64,000 nt of DNA from Candidatus Tayloriibacteriota bacterium (GCA_028286725.1 JAQBQZ010000013.1:15216-79215); one strand, 5' to 3'. Positions 17,716 to 26,902 are shown, counted from the first letter of the stretch. Numbers and translations: made by a program. Notes: a model not told the origin generated them from the letters alone.

Positions 17716-19074
17716 ATGAACAAAAAATTTTCTTTATATTCAAAATTTTTTGTCACTGCTCAAACTATTGTCATACTCCTTATGGGGGCAGGACTCTCTT
17801 GGTATTTTGGGTATATCGTATATGAAAACGAAAAGAGTGCTCTTATAAATAGAGTTTATAATATTGCAACAACGTTGGATTCTGACACTATATCAGGACT
17901 CAGGGGCGATCCTACAGATCTTTCAAATCCAAATTATGTTTATCTCAAAAAGAAATTGGTGGATCTGCGAAATGTGAATACAGATGCGAGATTTTTGTAT
18001 GTGCTTGGATATCGACCTGCTGTAGAAAAATTATTCTTTTATGCCGATTCAGAGAGTCCTGATTCTGTGGATACTTATTCTCCTCCAGGTGAACTCTATA
18101 ATCAAACAACGAAGCTTGAGATCGATAATTTTTTGCGGGGCATAGCGTTTGCAGAGAATCCATATTCGGATGACTGGGGAAGATGGGTGAGCGCGTCAGC
18201 ACCAATAATCTCATCAGAGACCGGACTACCGATTGCAATGGTGGGTATTGATATTGACGCAAGCAAGCTCATTAAAGATATTGTGCTTGTGTCCCTCTTT
18301 CCATTTATTATTGCGATAATTCTCGCAATACTTTTCTTTGTATTTCATAAGATGAGAATGCGAGAAAAACTAAATGAGCTCAATAACGTAAAGCTCGAGT
18401 TCTCTTCTTTTATGTCTCATGAGATCAGGGGATTTGTAACAAAAGTAAAAGGCGGACTTCGGGCACTCGAACATGAGGATTTTGGAATACTGACTCCTGA
18501 TCAATCTTCGTATGTCAAAGATATGATAGTTCAGAGCGATGAGTTTGCTGAGCTTGTAGAAGAATTTCTTGATGTTGGTCATCTCGAACAGGATATTGAA
18601 ATGTCGCTTCTTATGGAGAACTACAATATTTTGGATATCTTGAAGAGGGTTGTGGCGGATATTGCCGATACGCTTCATCGAAAAGAAATATCTATTATCT
18701 ACGAAGGAAATATTCCTGACAAAGTATATTGTCCGTGCGATAACAACAAGATGGGACGGGTGTTCTCAAATATTCTTTTGAATGCCGCAAAATATTCTCC
18801 AGAAAAAAGCTCGATCCGAATCGGGTATGTAGATGCGAATACTTCGCATACTATTTATATCAAAGATTCTGGTATTGGTATCCCAGATTCACAAAAAGAA
18901 AGCATGTTCAAAAAATTCTTCCGTGCTAATAACGCGAGAGATATACATACATCAGGAACTGGGCTTGGGCTTTATTTCTCAAAACTCATTGTTGAGAAGC
19001 ATCGAGGAAGGATCTGGTATGAATCTGTAGAAGGGAATGGAACTACGTTTTATATCTCATTACCAAAACAGTAG
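17716..19074 (+). CDS. sensor histidine kinase
   Basis: Two TMs flanking a Cache-like domain (YSDDWGRWVSA.API), SHEIR H-box, N/G1/F/G2 boxes. Confidence 0.93.
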   Translation: MNKKFSLYSKFFVTAQTIVILLMGAGLSWYFGYIVYENEKSALINRVYNIATTLDSDTISGLRGDPTDLSNPNYVYLKKKLVDLRNVNTDARFLYVLGYRPAVEKLFFYADSESPDSVDTYSPPGELYNQTTKLEIDNFLRGIAFAENPYSDDWGRWVSASAPIISSETGLPIAMVGIDIDASKLIKDIVLVSLFPFIIAIILAILFFVFHKMRMREKLNELNNVKLEFSSFMSHEIRGFVTKVKGGLRALEHEDFGILTPDQSSYVKDMIVQSDEFAELVEEFLDVGHLEQDIEMSLLMENYNILDILKRVVADIADTLHRKEISIIYEGNIPDKVYCPCDNNKMGRVFSNILLNAAKYSPEKSSIRIGYVDANTSHTIYIKDSGIGIPDSQKESMFKKFFRANNARDIHTSGTGLGLYFSKLIVEKHRGRIWYESVEGNGTTFYISLPKQ

Positions 19075-19085
19075 GAAATTTACAC

Positions 19086-19122
19086 AAAAATCAGCCGCGC
19101 CCAAAGGGCGCGGCTGATTTTT
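19086..19122. terminator. bidirectional intrinsic terminator
   Basis: aaaaatcagccgcgccc-aaa-gggcgcggctgattttt. Confidence 0.8.
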
Positions 19123-19140
19123 ACCCAGGACACTATCCCG

Positions 19141-19295
19141 TTGACATTTCTATATTGAGGAGTATCCTATATCTTATGTTAAAAGTTACGCGAAATTTCT
19201 TTGGTTTCTATTTTTGGAACAATCCCAAACAGGATTAGTGATTTTGCGTAACCTCCAAAAACACCAATTCTGTAAAAGGGATTGGTGTTTTTTAT
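19141..19295 (+). promoter_or_regulatory. promoter plus Phe-rich leader-peptide transcription attenuator
   Basis: TTGACA 19141 / TATCCT 19163; leader ORF 19176-19238; antiterminator caggattagtgattttg pairs with caaaaacaccaattctg; terminator 19257-19293. Confidence 0.8.
19176..19238 (+). CDS. leader peptide MLKVTRNFFGFYFWNNPKQD
   Basis: Hand-translated; 4 Phe + Tyr + Trp in 7 codons; upstream of a prephenate dehydratase homologue. Confidence 0.8.
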   Translation: MLKVTRNFFGFYFWNNPKQD

Positions 19296-19402
19296 TAAAC
19301 TATTTTGTTCGCTTTCGGGATGGTGTGCTTCTACAGCGGAGCATACCTATCCGACAGGGAAAACCTAGGAATCTGATTGTTCATTTTCAAACCACATAAA
19401 TC

Positions 19403-19621
19403 ATGAAACTAAACGTAAATATTGTTACACTGGCACTGTTTTTTCAACAGCTGGCAATAATATCTTCGAATGCGAAGACAAAACCAACTGCTGTTAGTCA
19501 GCGCGGTACTGTCGCTGTCCTTGAGTTTTCAGTAGAAGCAATTGAGTCGGTGGATTTTATTACCACTACTCTTTGTTCTGCTAGTAACGGAGTGGCATGC
19601 AGTGGTGTTCAGGTGGAATGA
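19403..19621 (+). CDS. small protein, possibly ACT-like
   Basis: 72 aa with alternating beta/alpha pattern; first gene after the attenuator. Confidence 0.45.
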   Translation: MKLNVNIVTLALFFQQLAIISSNAKTKPTAVSQRGTVAVLEFSVEAIESVDFITTTLCSASNGVACSGVQVE

Positions 19622-19651
19622 CTTGATGGCAATTCGGAATTAAATCTCCGT

Positions 19652-20629
19652 CTTGCCACATTTTTAGGGAAGTAAAATTTATTTAACTTTCCTTAGATGT
19701 TTCTTACAGCTGTTCTTTACATTATGAAAACATTTTATTTGGGTCCAGACGGATCTTTTTCGGGGTTGGCCTTGAATAGGGCTATCGAACTCATGAATGT
19801 TTCTGAATCGGAGAGAATTGATGCTGGTGAAAATTCCAACATCATACCTTTGCTTCGTGACAATCATGGGTCACTCGCTGTCGCAGCGATGCATACGGAC
19901 GCAGAAGGTCGTGTAGAAGATCTCTTTCGGTCTCTTATGCGCCTCCTTGATACTGGTGCACAAATCAGTATTGGTGCAGCACTCGTTACACCAATTCAGT
20001 TTACGCTTATGGGAAGACGGGGGATAAATCTCGGTAACGCGAAGGGAGTTGTCGCACACAAAAAAGGTTTGGGTGCGTGTCCTCGCATGGTTGAAGCGCT
20101 CCTTAATTCAGAAGAGGTGACAAGTAATTCAAGAGCCGCACTCTTGGTAGCGACTGAAGAAAGGTTTGGTGATTGGCTTGCACTTGCATCTCTAGGTTGC
20201 GCGGAAAAATTTGGTCTAGAGGTTATTGCGGAGAATGTCTCTAATGAACCTGCGGTTACAACATTCTATGTCTTTGGTAACGGACTTAAACTTCCAAAGT
20301 TGAAGTCAGGATGTTGGCGACTCTTGTCATTCGTTGATCTCCTCGATGTGCCTGGATCACTCCACGAGCTAACAGGGGCTGTGAAAGAGCATAATTCGCT
20401 GTATATTCATTCCATTCACAAAGACGCCAAGAACTATCGTTTTGTGATTGAAATCGAATTTGGAGATGAAGAAACTGCTCTCGTTGCCGCGGAAAAGATT
20501 TCTCGCGCGACCCTCAAAGCCATGTCATTCGCGTTTCCGGTTTTGTCGTAATGTGACGGCGACTGCAGAACTCAACATTCTGCACTCGCCACATTTTTAG
20601 GAAAGTGAAATTTATTTGACTTTCCTTAG
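19652..20629. repeat. 45-bp direct repeats (19652-19696 and 20585-20629, 41/45 identical) flanking the PDT gene
   Basis: ctYgccacatttttaggRaagtRaaatttatttRactttccttag, with an internal dyad. Confidence 0.9.
19724..20551 (+). CDS. pheA: divergent prephenate dehydratase-like protein with ACT domain (start likely 19724)
   Basis: YLGPDGSFS, AHKKGLGAC (SHPQALAQC-like), TTF (TRF-like), DVPGSL, YRFVIE. Confidence 0.75.
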   Translation: MKTFYLGPDGSFSGLALNRAIELMNVSESERIDAGENSNIIPLLRDNHGSLAVAAMHTDAEGRVEDLFRSLMRLLDTGAQISIGAALVTPIQFTLMGRRGINLGNAKGVVAHKKGLGACPRMVEALLNSEEVTSNSRAALLVATEERFGDWLALASLGCAEKFGLEVIAENVSNEPAVTTFYVFGNGLKLPKLKSGCWRLLSFVDLLDVPGSLHELTGAVKEHNSLYIHSIHKDAKNYRFVIEIEFGDEETALVAAEKISRATLKAMSFAFPVLS

Positions 20630-20635
20630 GTGAAA

Positions 20636-20689
20636 ATGAAAAAACAAAACATACAATCAAATAATTATTATTGGCAACTTAGTCTTTGA
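20636..20689 (+). CDS. leader peptide MKKQNIQSNNYYWQLSL
   Basis: Hand-translated; tandem Tyr-Tyr-Trp; stop codon overlaps the antiterminator strand. Confidence 0.7.
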   Translation: MKKQNIQSNNYYWQLSL

Positions 20690-20760
20690 GACAAGGTGCT
20701 GATATTTACTATTTCTATTAAATAACAACACCTCGTCTCAAGGCGAGGTGTTGTTCTTTT
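20636..20760 (+). promoter_or_regulatory. Tyr/Trp leader-peptide transcription attenuator
   Basis: ttgagacaaggtg pairs with cacctcgtctcaa (antiterminator) versus terminator aacaacacctcgtc-tcaa-ggcgaggtgttgtt-ctttt 20724-20760. Confidence 0.75.
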
Positions 20761-20873
20761 AAAAGGTAAATATAATTACACCATAGCTAAAAGAAATTTT
20801 ATAATTTCTTTTAGCTATGGTGTAAAACTGACCCTAACAATTTTTCACTGCAGGGAGTGAAAATACATAACTT

Positions 20874-22037
20874 ATGAACCTCGAAGATTTATTTGCCCAA
20901 GGTTTTGGATTTGTGAGGAATGGGGATCTTAAACCATTTCCTTTTGACCATCGAACACCTGTGAGATCTGGATCTGAATTTGGTGTTACGAAGGAAAGTG
21001 TTCGGGAAATAGCTAGTGCTTGGACTCGATGGAGGAATATCGTAAAATCACTTCTCGCGAATAAAGAAGCGGACACTCTTATTAGGAATCAGGTTACTCC
21101 ATCTGATCAGATCAAAATGGAGTGGTCACATGTTACTCCGGACTATGAGCGTTATTTCGGAAATCCTTTACATGTGACAAGGATTGATTTAACGATTGAT
21201 ACCGAAGGAAAGTTAAGGATTCTTGATCCGAATGTTATGCCTTACGGTATTCCGGCGATAGTTGCGGCCGGTGAAGCTCTTGGTCTGACGTCGCATAAAC
21301 AATATCTTCAGGCACTTAAGAGTTCTGGAGTAACGTGGGTATGTGATGATTATCATGGAGGGTTGCCGACTGTTGAGTGGCTTTGTCGGTATGCGGGCAT
21401 CAGTTTTTGCCGCAGTTCAAATTTTAAGGGAGCTCATTCTGTTATTCGCCTTTCTCGGGAAGATGTCAGGGGTATGGAGTCAACGGTCGGCATCTCCGGT
21501 ATCAGGGTGTATGAAAGTCAGTTATGGCCAGCACTTATTAATCTGGGTGCAACAAAGATTTTTGGCCTCAATGTAAACGCCGCTCAACTTGAATGGTTTC
21601 GCAACATGGTGACACAAACCTATTTAGCAAAAATATCTGGAGGCAAAGCACTGGTGGCTGTGTCGATGGATACACAAGGATTCTATTGGATTCCTTTTGA
21701 GGAGTTCTGTCGGATTCATAATACATGCTCTCGTAGTATGGATAAAATTTTTGTGAAGAGGATTCATTCTTCTGGGTCTCGTTCTGTTTCATTCTGCGAT
21801 GCGACACAGGTGTCAATTCTAGAGTGCGCAGCATCAAATAAGGTGGGTATCAGGGATAACGAAATGTTTCTGATTCAGCCTGCTGTATCCTGTACCATAG
21901 GTTCTTCGAGAGTCAGGATCGCTCTTTACATAGGCTATCAAGGTCAGTGTATTGGAGCAGAGGTTCTCCGCGTTGCAGGGAGTAAGAGGATTGCTCATGG
22001 TTCGAGTGATTCCAAGGTCAGTTATTTAACCTTTTAA
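20874..22037 (+). CDS. circularly permuted ATP-grasp / glutathionylspermidine-synthase-like amide ligase (divergent)
   Basis: RIDL...LRILDPNV (R.D..E.N-like), VKRIHSSGSRSV, FLIQ, RVRI, C-terminal HGSSD. Confidence 0.6.
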   Translation: MNLEDLFAQGFGFVRNGDLKPFPFDHRTPVRSGSEFGVTKESVREIASAWTRWRNIVKSLLANKEADTLIRNQVTPSDQIKMEWSHVTPDYERYFGNPLHVTRIDLTIDTEGKLRILDPNVMPYGIPAIVAAGEALGLTSHKQYLQALKSSGVTWVCDDYHGGLPTVEWLCRYAGISFCRSSNFKGAHSVIRLSREDVRGMESTVGISGIRVYESQLWPALINLGATKIFGLNVNAAQLEWFRNMVTQTYLAKISGGKALVAVSMDTQGFYWIPFEEFCRIHNTCSRSMDKIFVKRIHSSGSRSVSFCDATQVSILECAASNKVGIRDNEMFLIQPAVSCTIGSSRVRIALYIGYQGQCIGAEVLRVAGSKRIAHGSSDSKVSYLTF

Positions 22038-22098
22038 CTTCAGCTGCCTGGCGAGCAATCGTCAGGCAGTGAATTTATATTATATAATTAAGTTTCAA

Positions 22099-23214
22099 AT
22101 GAAAAATAAAATAATTATTCTCTTAGAAGATTTGGTAAATATAGAAAGTTTTGTTGATTCTAGGTGCAATGAGATCAAATTATCTCAGTTTATTTCCGAC
22201 TGGTTTTTGACAAATATTCCAACATTGGAAAAATATGAAATCGAAGTAGAGGGTGATAGAAAAAACATGCTATTTATTTCTCCTGAAACAAAAATATTAT
22301 TTTGTTGCCATATGGACACCGTTTTGCTATCTAAAGGACAGGCAACTGGCCTTACCATTTCTCAAGATAAGCTTTTTGGTTTAGGAAGCAAAGATATGAA
22401 AGGAGGGATGGCTGCTGCGTTACTAGCAGTTTCGTCATTGGATGCAGAGGATATTTCTAAAGCAGGATTTCTTTTTTATTGTGATGAGGAATATTCACAA
22501 AAGGGAATGGAGACTATGATGAATAATTTTGCTGATATTCCAAAAAACTTGCTTTGCCTGATCAGTCCTGAGTCCTCTTTTAAAATTTCTTTTGGATGCA
22601 AAGGATACATTTCTTTTGATGTTGAGGTTGAAGGTGAGTCTGCACATAGTGCTCGTCCGTTGCTTGGTATACACGCGGGAGAAAAGCTGTTTGCTTTATA
22701 TGAAGAGATGAAAAAGGAATTCACCTTTTCTAATGAATTAGGGGTAGAAACTCTTACGATGGTGGGAAGCGAAATTGGTACCATGATCAATGGCGTTGTT
22801 CTGCCTATGTATAACAAAGTACCTGATTTTGCCCTTGGAAATTTTTCACTTCGGATTCCTTATAAATACAGCACAAAAGATTTTGAAGACAAAATTTACT
22901 CGCTTGCAGAAAAAAATAATATTAAAATTAAGAGTATGATAGTGAAGATAATAAGGCATCCAGGATCGGTAAAAGATGTAGCAATAATAGACAAGTTCAT
23001 TATTTTAGCCAAGGAAGTTGGTTTTTTAATAGAAAAAAATAATCCAAACTTATCAGGTTATAATGATGTTGCAATGCTGAGTTCAATCATTGATGTTCCA
23101 TTCTTTAACTTTGGCCCATATGGAGAACATAATCATACAAAGAATGAGTACGTCAGCTTGTCTTCAATAGAAGACACAATAGAAATATTTTCTAACTTTA
23201 TTAAAAAAATATAA
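22099..23214 (+). CDS. M20 (ArgE/DapE-family) metallopeptidase (start likely 22099)
   Basis: HMDTV, GLGSKDMKGG, DEE, GESAHSARP, H..NEYV. Confidence 0.9.
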   Translation: MKNKIIILLEDLVNIESFVDSRCNEIKLSQFISDWFLTNIPTLEKYEIEVEGDRKNMLFISPETKILFCCHMDTVLLSKGQATGLTISQDKLFGLGSKDMKGGMAAALLAVSSLDAEDISKAGFLFYCDEEYSQKGMETMMNNFADIPKNLLCLISPESSFKISFGCKGYISFDVEVEGESAHSARPLLGIHAGEKLFALYEEMKKEFTFSNELGVETLTMVGSEIGTMINGVVLPMYNKVPDFALGNFSLRIPYKYSTKDFEDKIYSLAEKNNIKIKSMIVKIIRHPGSVKDVAIIDKFIILAKEVGFLIEKNNPNLSGYNDVAMLSSIIDVPFFNFGPYGEHNHTKNEYVSLSSIEDTIEIFSNFIKKI

Positions 23215-23223
23215 TTAAACAAT

Positions 23224-23856
23224 ATGTATCTCGCACAATTTCTTACGATTGCAGTTATTCACCTCCTGGCTGTCGCAAGCCCAGGGCCTGATTTTGTTGT
23301 TGTTACTAAAAATAGTCTTTCGTATTCAAGAAGGGTGGGAGTGTACACAGCGCTCGGTGTTGCTCTCGGTATCGCAATTCACATCACATATTGTCTTTTG
23401 GGTATCGCGCTCATCATTTCACAATCAATAATCATCTTCAGTATTATTAAATATATTGGCGCTGCATATCTAATTTGGATCGGATACAAAGGTCTTCGTA
23501 CAAAGGCAAAGTCTGAAGTCGATATAGATGTGGAAAAGAATGAAAAAAAAGATCTGCCTATTTCCTCCGCGATCAAATCAGGATTTCTTGTAAATGTCCT
23601 CAATCCAAAAGCAACACTTTTCTTACTTGCTGTTTTTACTCAGGTCATAAATCCTGAGACACCGAAGTTCATTCAGACTCTTTATGGGCTCGAAATGATC
23701 GTTGCGACATTTGTATGGTTTGCTCTTGTGTCCGCAATCTTCTCGAATAAATTAATGAAACGTAAAATCACCCGACTTAGTCACTGGATCGACAGAGTGG
23801 GTGGGGCAGTGATGCTTGCTCTTGGTATTAAAGTTGCAATCTCTACTCAAAAATAG
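23224..23856 (+). CDS. LysE/RhtB family amino-acid exporter
   Basis: SPGPDF, GAAYLIWIG, NVLNPKA. Confidence 0.92.
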   Translation: MYLAQFLTIAVIHLLAVASPGPDFVVVTKNSLSYSRRVGVYTALGVALGIAIHITYCLLGIALIISQSIIIFSIIKYIGAAYLIWIGYKGLRTKAKSEVDIDVEKNEKKDLPISSAIKSGFLVNVLNPKATLFLLAVFTQVINPETPKFIQTLYGLEMIVATFVWFALVSAIFSNKLMKRKITRLSHWIDRVGGAVMLALGIKVAISTQK

Positions 23857-23896
23857 CTATTTTATACATACAGATTTCTGTGCTAAAGTTATCTCT

Positions 23897-24757
23897 ATGA
23901 TATTACTTGATGGAAAAAAACTAAATGGAGAGATTGCAGATGGACTCAAAAAAAAGATTGAGGAGAGTGGCATTAGGCCTACTCTTGCGATCATTCAGGT
24001 GGGGAATGTTGAGGAGTCTAATGCATACATAAGGCACAAGAAAAGCTACGGAGAGAGAATTGGGGCAAATGTAGTGCACATTGTCTTGGCCTCCGATATT
24101 CCTGAAACAGAACTCATAAACAAAATAAATGAGCTAAACAATGATAGTGGAGTAAATGGAATCATTGTTCAGCTTCCAATCTCAAAACATCTCGATAAAA
24201 ACAAGGTGATCGAAAGTGTTAGTCCTATGAAAGATGTGGACGGGCTTCATTCTATAAATGCAGGTAAGGTTTTCTCAGATGATCTAACAGGTGTAACTCC
24301 TGCGACTCCAAAAGGAGTGATCTCTCTTTTAAAACATTACGGTATAAAGATAGAGGGTAAGAGAGCTCTTGTAATAGGCAAGTCAATGCTTGTGGGAAAG
24401 CCTGTGGCGATGTTGTTGCTTCGAGAAGGTGCGACGGTGACTATTGCTCATAGTAAAACAGAAAATCTCAAAGATGTCGTAAAAGAAAGCGATATTGTCG
24501 TGGTAGCAGTAGGTAAAGCAGGACTTATTACAAAGGAAATGGTGCGAGAGGGGCAGGTGATCGTTGATGTGGGGACCAACAGTGTTGAAGGAGAGAAAAC
24601 TCTCGAGGAGATACCGACACGAAAACTAGTGGGGGATGTCGCGTTTGATGAAGTGAAAGATATTGTCTATGCGATATCTCCAGTACCAGGCGGGGCGGGA
24701 CCGATGACTGTCGCAAGTTTGTTTGAGAATTTAGTAGAAGTAAGTTTAAAGAAATAA
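23897..24757 (+). CDS. folD: methylenetetrahydrofolate dehydrogenase/cyclohydrolase (start likely 23897)
   Basis: LLDGK, GIIVQLP, KDVDG, PATP, VGKP, SPVPGGAGPMT. Confidence 0.95.
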   Translation: MILLDGKKLNGEIADGLKKKIEESGIRPTLAIIQVGNVEESNAYIRHKKSYGERIGANVVHIVLASDIPETELINKINELNNDSGVNGIIVQLPISKHLDKNKVIESVSPMKDVDGLHSINAGKVFSDDLTGVTPATPKGVISLLKHYGIKIEGKRALVIGKSMLVGKPVAMLLLREGATVTIAHSKTENLKDVVKESDIVVVAVGKAGLITKEMVREGQVIVDVGTNSVEGEKTLEEIPTRKLVGDVAFDEVKDIVYAISPVPGGAGPMTVASLFENLVEVSLKK

Positions 24758-24762
24758 TATAT

Positions 24763-25086
24763 ATGGAACCTAAACTTTTTGAGGGAATTCCACTAATGGA
24801 TTGGCAACAGTTTACAAGGGCGACCCATAACCTTAGAACCAGTCTTAGTGATATAGAAGGTGAAAAGATTGTTGAATTAAATGCTTCAAACCAAGTTAAT
24901 GTGGGGACTCCTGATGACCGAATTAATAAGGTTCCACCAGGATTTAGGCAACAGCTGGAAGAAGAGCTTGCTGCTTTTGAGACAGACTCTTTTAAGGCTA
25001 TGATGGCAAAACTAGAAGATGGAGGAGAAAGAAAAAAACTGGAAGATGATATAATGAGAGCTCGGACGTATTTATTAGCAATTTAA
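24763..25086 (+). CDS. hypothetical protein
   Basis: 107-aa ORF tightly spaced between genes. Confidence 0.6.
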   Translation: MEPKLFEGIPLMDWQQFTRATHNLRTSLSDIEGEKIVELNASNQVNVGTPDDRINKVPPGFRQQLEEELAAFETDSFKAMMAKLEDGGERKKLEDDIMRARTYLLAI

Positions 25087-25097
25087 TCAATAAACAT

Positions 25098-25898
25098 ATG
25101 GAAAACAACACAAATCTATTAACATCACACAGATTCAAGCAAGCTGTGCTTACGGTACTTACATTTCTTGCGGTCTTCTTGATTGCAAAGTCTATCAATG
25201 AATTCTCACACTTTGGACAGCGAAGCGCGACAGATGTTCAAGATATGATCACTGTACAGGGGAAGGGTGAAGTATTTGCAGTACCTGATATCGCAACATT
25301 CTCATTCGGAATCACTGAAACTGGCAAAGATGTTGGAGAGGCAAACAACAAGGCGTCGACAAAGAATAATGCGGCAATAAAATACCTTAAAGATGCAGGT
25401 ATTGCAGAAAAAGATATTCAAACAACTGGATACAGTGCAAATCCTCAATACGATAATACACAGGTTATGTGTGTGAAGTATCCTTGCCCAACACAGACTC
25501 CAAAAATCATTGGATATGAGGTGACAGAAAGTGTTGCGGTCAAAGTACGAAATACTGACAAGGCGGGAGATATTCTTTCTGGAGTAGGATCACTTGGAGT
25601 AACAAATATTAGTGGACTTACATTTACTATCGACGATGAGGATTCTATCCGAGCCGAAGCAAGATCAAAGGCAATCGCAGATGCGCGAGAGAAAGCGGAT
25701 GTGCTCGCAAAGGAGCTCGGAGTTCGAATTGATAAAGTATCTTCATTCTCTGAGGATGGAGGAGGTGTTGCTTATCCAGTGTTTGCAATGCAGTCAAAGG
25801 CGATGGATATGGCTGGAAATGCCGCTGTAGCACCTGAGATCGCAAAAGGGCAGAACAAGATCACCGTTGGAGTGAATGTGACTTACAGGATTAAATAA
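25098..25898 (+). CDS. SIMPL/DUF541 domain protein
   Basis: ITVQGKGEVFAVPDIA, DIQT..Y...PQY, AIADAREKA..LA. Confidence 0.9.
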   Translation: MENNTNLLTSHRFKQAVLTVLTFLAVFLIAKSINEFSHFGQRSATDVQDMITVQGKGEVFAVPDIATFSFGITETGKDVGEANNKASTKNNAAIKYLKDAGIAEKDIQTTGYSANPQYDNTQVMCVKYPCPTQTPKIIGYEVTESVAVKVRNTDKAGDILSGVGSLGVTNISGLTFTIDDEDSIRAEARSKAIADAREKADVLAKELGVRIDKVSSFSEDGGGVAYPVFAMQSKAMDMAGNAAVAPEIAKGQNKITVGVNVTYRIK

Positions 25899-25939
25899 GG
25901 AGTAAGTAAGGAGTAAGTAAGAAGTAAGTAAGAAGTAAT
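25896..25939. repeat. 4 x 11-bp tandem repeat taagRagtaag followed by terminator hairpin
   Basis: taaggagtaag x2, taagaagtaag, taagaagtaat; then atgcaccgcggc-ttt-gccgcggtgcat. Confidence 0.85.
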
Positions 25940-26081
25940 GCACCGCGGCTTTGCCGCGGTGCATTTTCTATAGACGTGCCGCTCTAATCTGGCCATTTTT
26001 TCTACATTGACTTCCTCTCCTTCGTGGTGTATTATTCTATTACCTACCCCGAGAGGGGTTTTTTAGTATAAATTCAATTCT

Positions 26082-26261
26082 ATGTCTAAAATCACTGATT
26101 ATTTTAAAGAAGTAAAGGCAGAAATGGCACATGTAACATGGCCTTCAAGAAAGCAGACGACTCTGTTTACTCTTGTGGTTATTATTATTTCTCTCGTTGT
26201 TGCAATATACCTTGGACTTTTGGATTATGTTATCCGTATTGGATTCGGTAAACTGTTTTAA
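26082..26261 (+). CDS. secE: preprotein translocase subunit SecE (59 aa, below ORF-track cutoff)
   Basis: MSKITDYFKEVKAEMAHVTWPSRKQT + TM; directly upstream of nusG. Confidence 0.95.
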   Translation: MSKITDYFKEVKAEMAHVTWPSRKQTTLFTLVVIIISLVVAIYLGLLDYVIRIGFGKLF

Positions 26262-26289
26262 TTTTATCCTTTAATTTTTAAATAATATT

Positions 26290-26832
26290 ATGTCAAAACA
26301 AGCAGAAGGAGAGCGAAACTGGTATGCGATCCACACATACGCTGGATACGAGAACGCGGTGCTTCGAAACTTGAAGCAGCGAATCGAATCTTTGGGAATG
26401 GAGGACAGAATTTTTAATGTACTTGTTCCAACAGAAAAGAAAATCAAAGTTAAAGGTGGTAAGCGAGTAGAAGATGAGGAAAAAATCTACCCAGGATACA
26501 TTCTTGTGGATATGATTGTGACTGATGACTCTTGGTATGTGGTAAGAAACACTCCTCGAGTAACAGGATTCGTTGGATCTGGAGTATATCCTGTGCCTCT
26601 TGATAAGAAAGAAGTGGAAGTGCTATTCTCACGAATGAACTCGGGTACAGCAAAGCACAATATTGATCTTGATGTAGGGGACGCGGTTATCATCTCAGAC
26701 GGACCATTCAAGGACCTTGAAGGTAAGGTTGGGGAGGTTGACAGCGAGCGAGGAAAGGTTAAGGTATTAGTATCGATGTTCGGACGAGAGACTCCGGTGG
26801 AGCTCGACTTCCTACAGATCAAGAAAATATAA
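26290..26832 (+). CDS. nusG: transcription termination/antitermination factor NusG
   Basis: WYAIHTYAGYE, PGY, VRNTPRVTGF, KOW, FGRETPVEL. Confidence 0.98.
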   Translation: MSKQAEGERNWYAIHTYAGYENAVLRNLKQRIESLGMEDRIFNVLVPTEKKIKVKGGKRVEDEEKIYPGYILVDMIVTDDSWYVVRNTPRVTGFVGSGVYPVPLDKKEVEVLFSRMNSGTAKHNIDLDVGDAVIISDGPFKDLEGKVGEVDSERGKVKVLVSMFGRETPVELDFLQIKKI

Positions 26833-26902
26833 CAACGATCCGTTTCTTGCCCGAAAGGGGCTTCTCAGGGAACAATGAAAATTAATTAAATAAATCAACA
26901 TT

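Noticed and set aside
25896-25939. Short repeats as a possible CRISPR array
   Set aside because: 11-bp head-to-tail units with no spacers and no cas genes.
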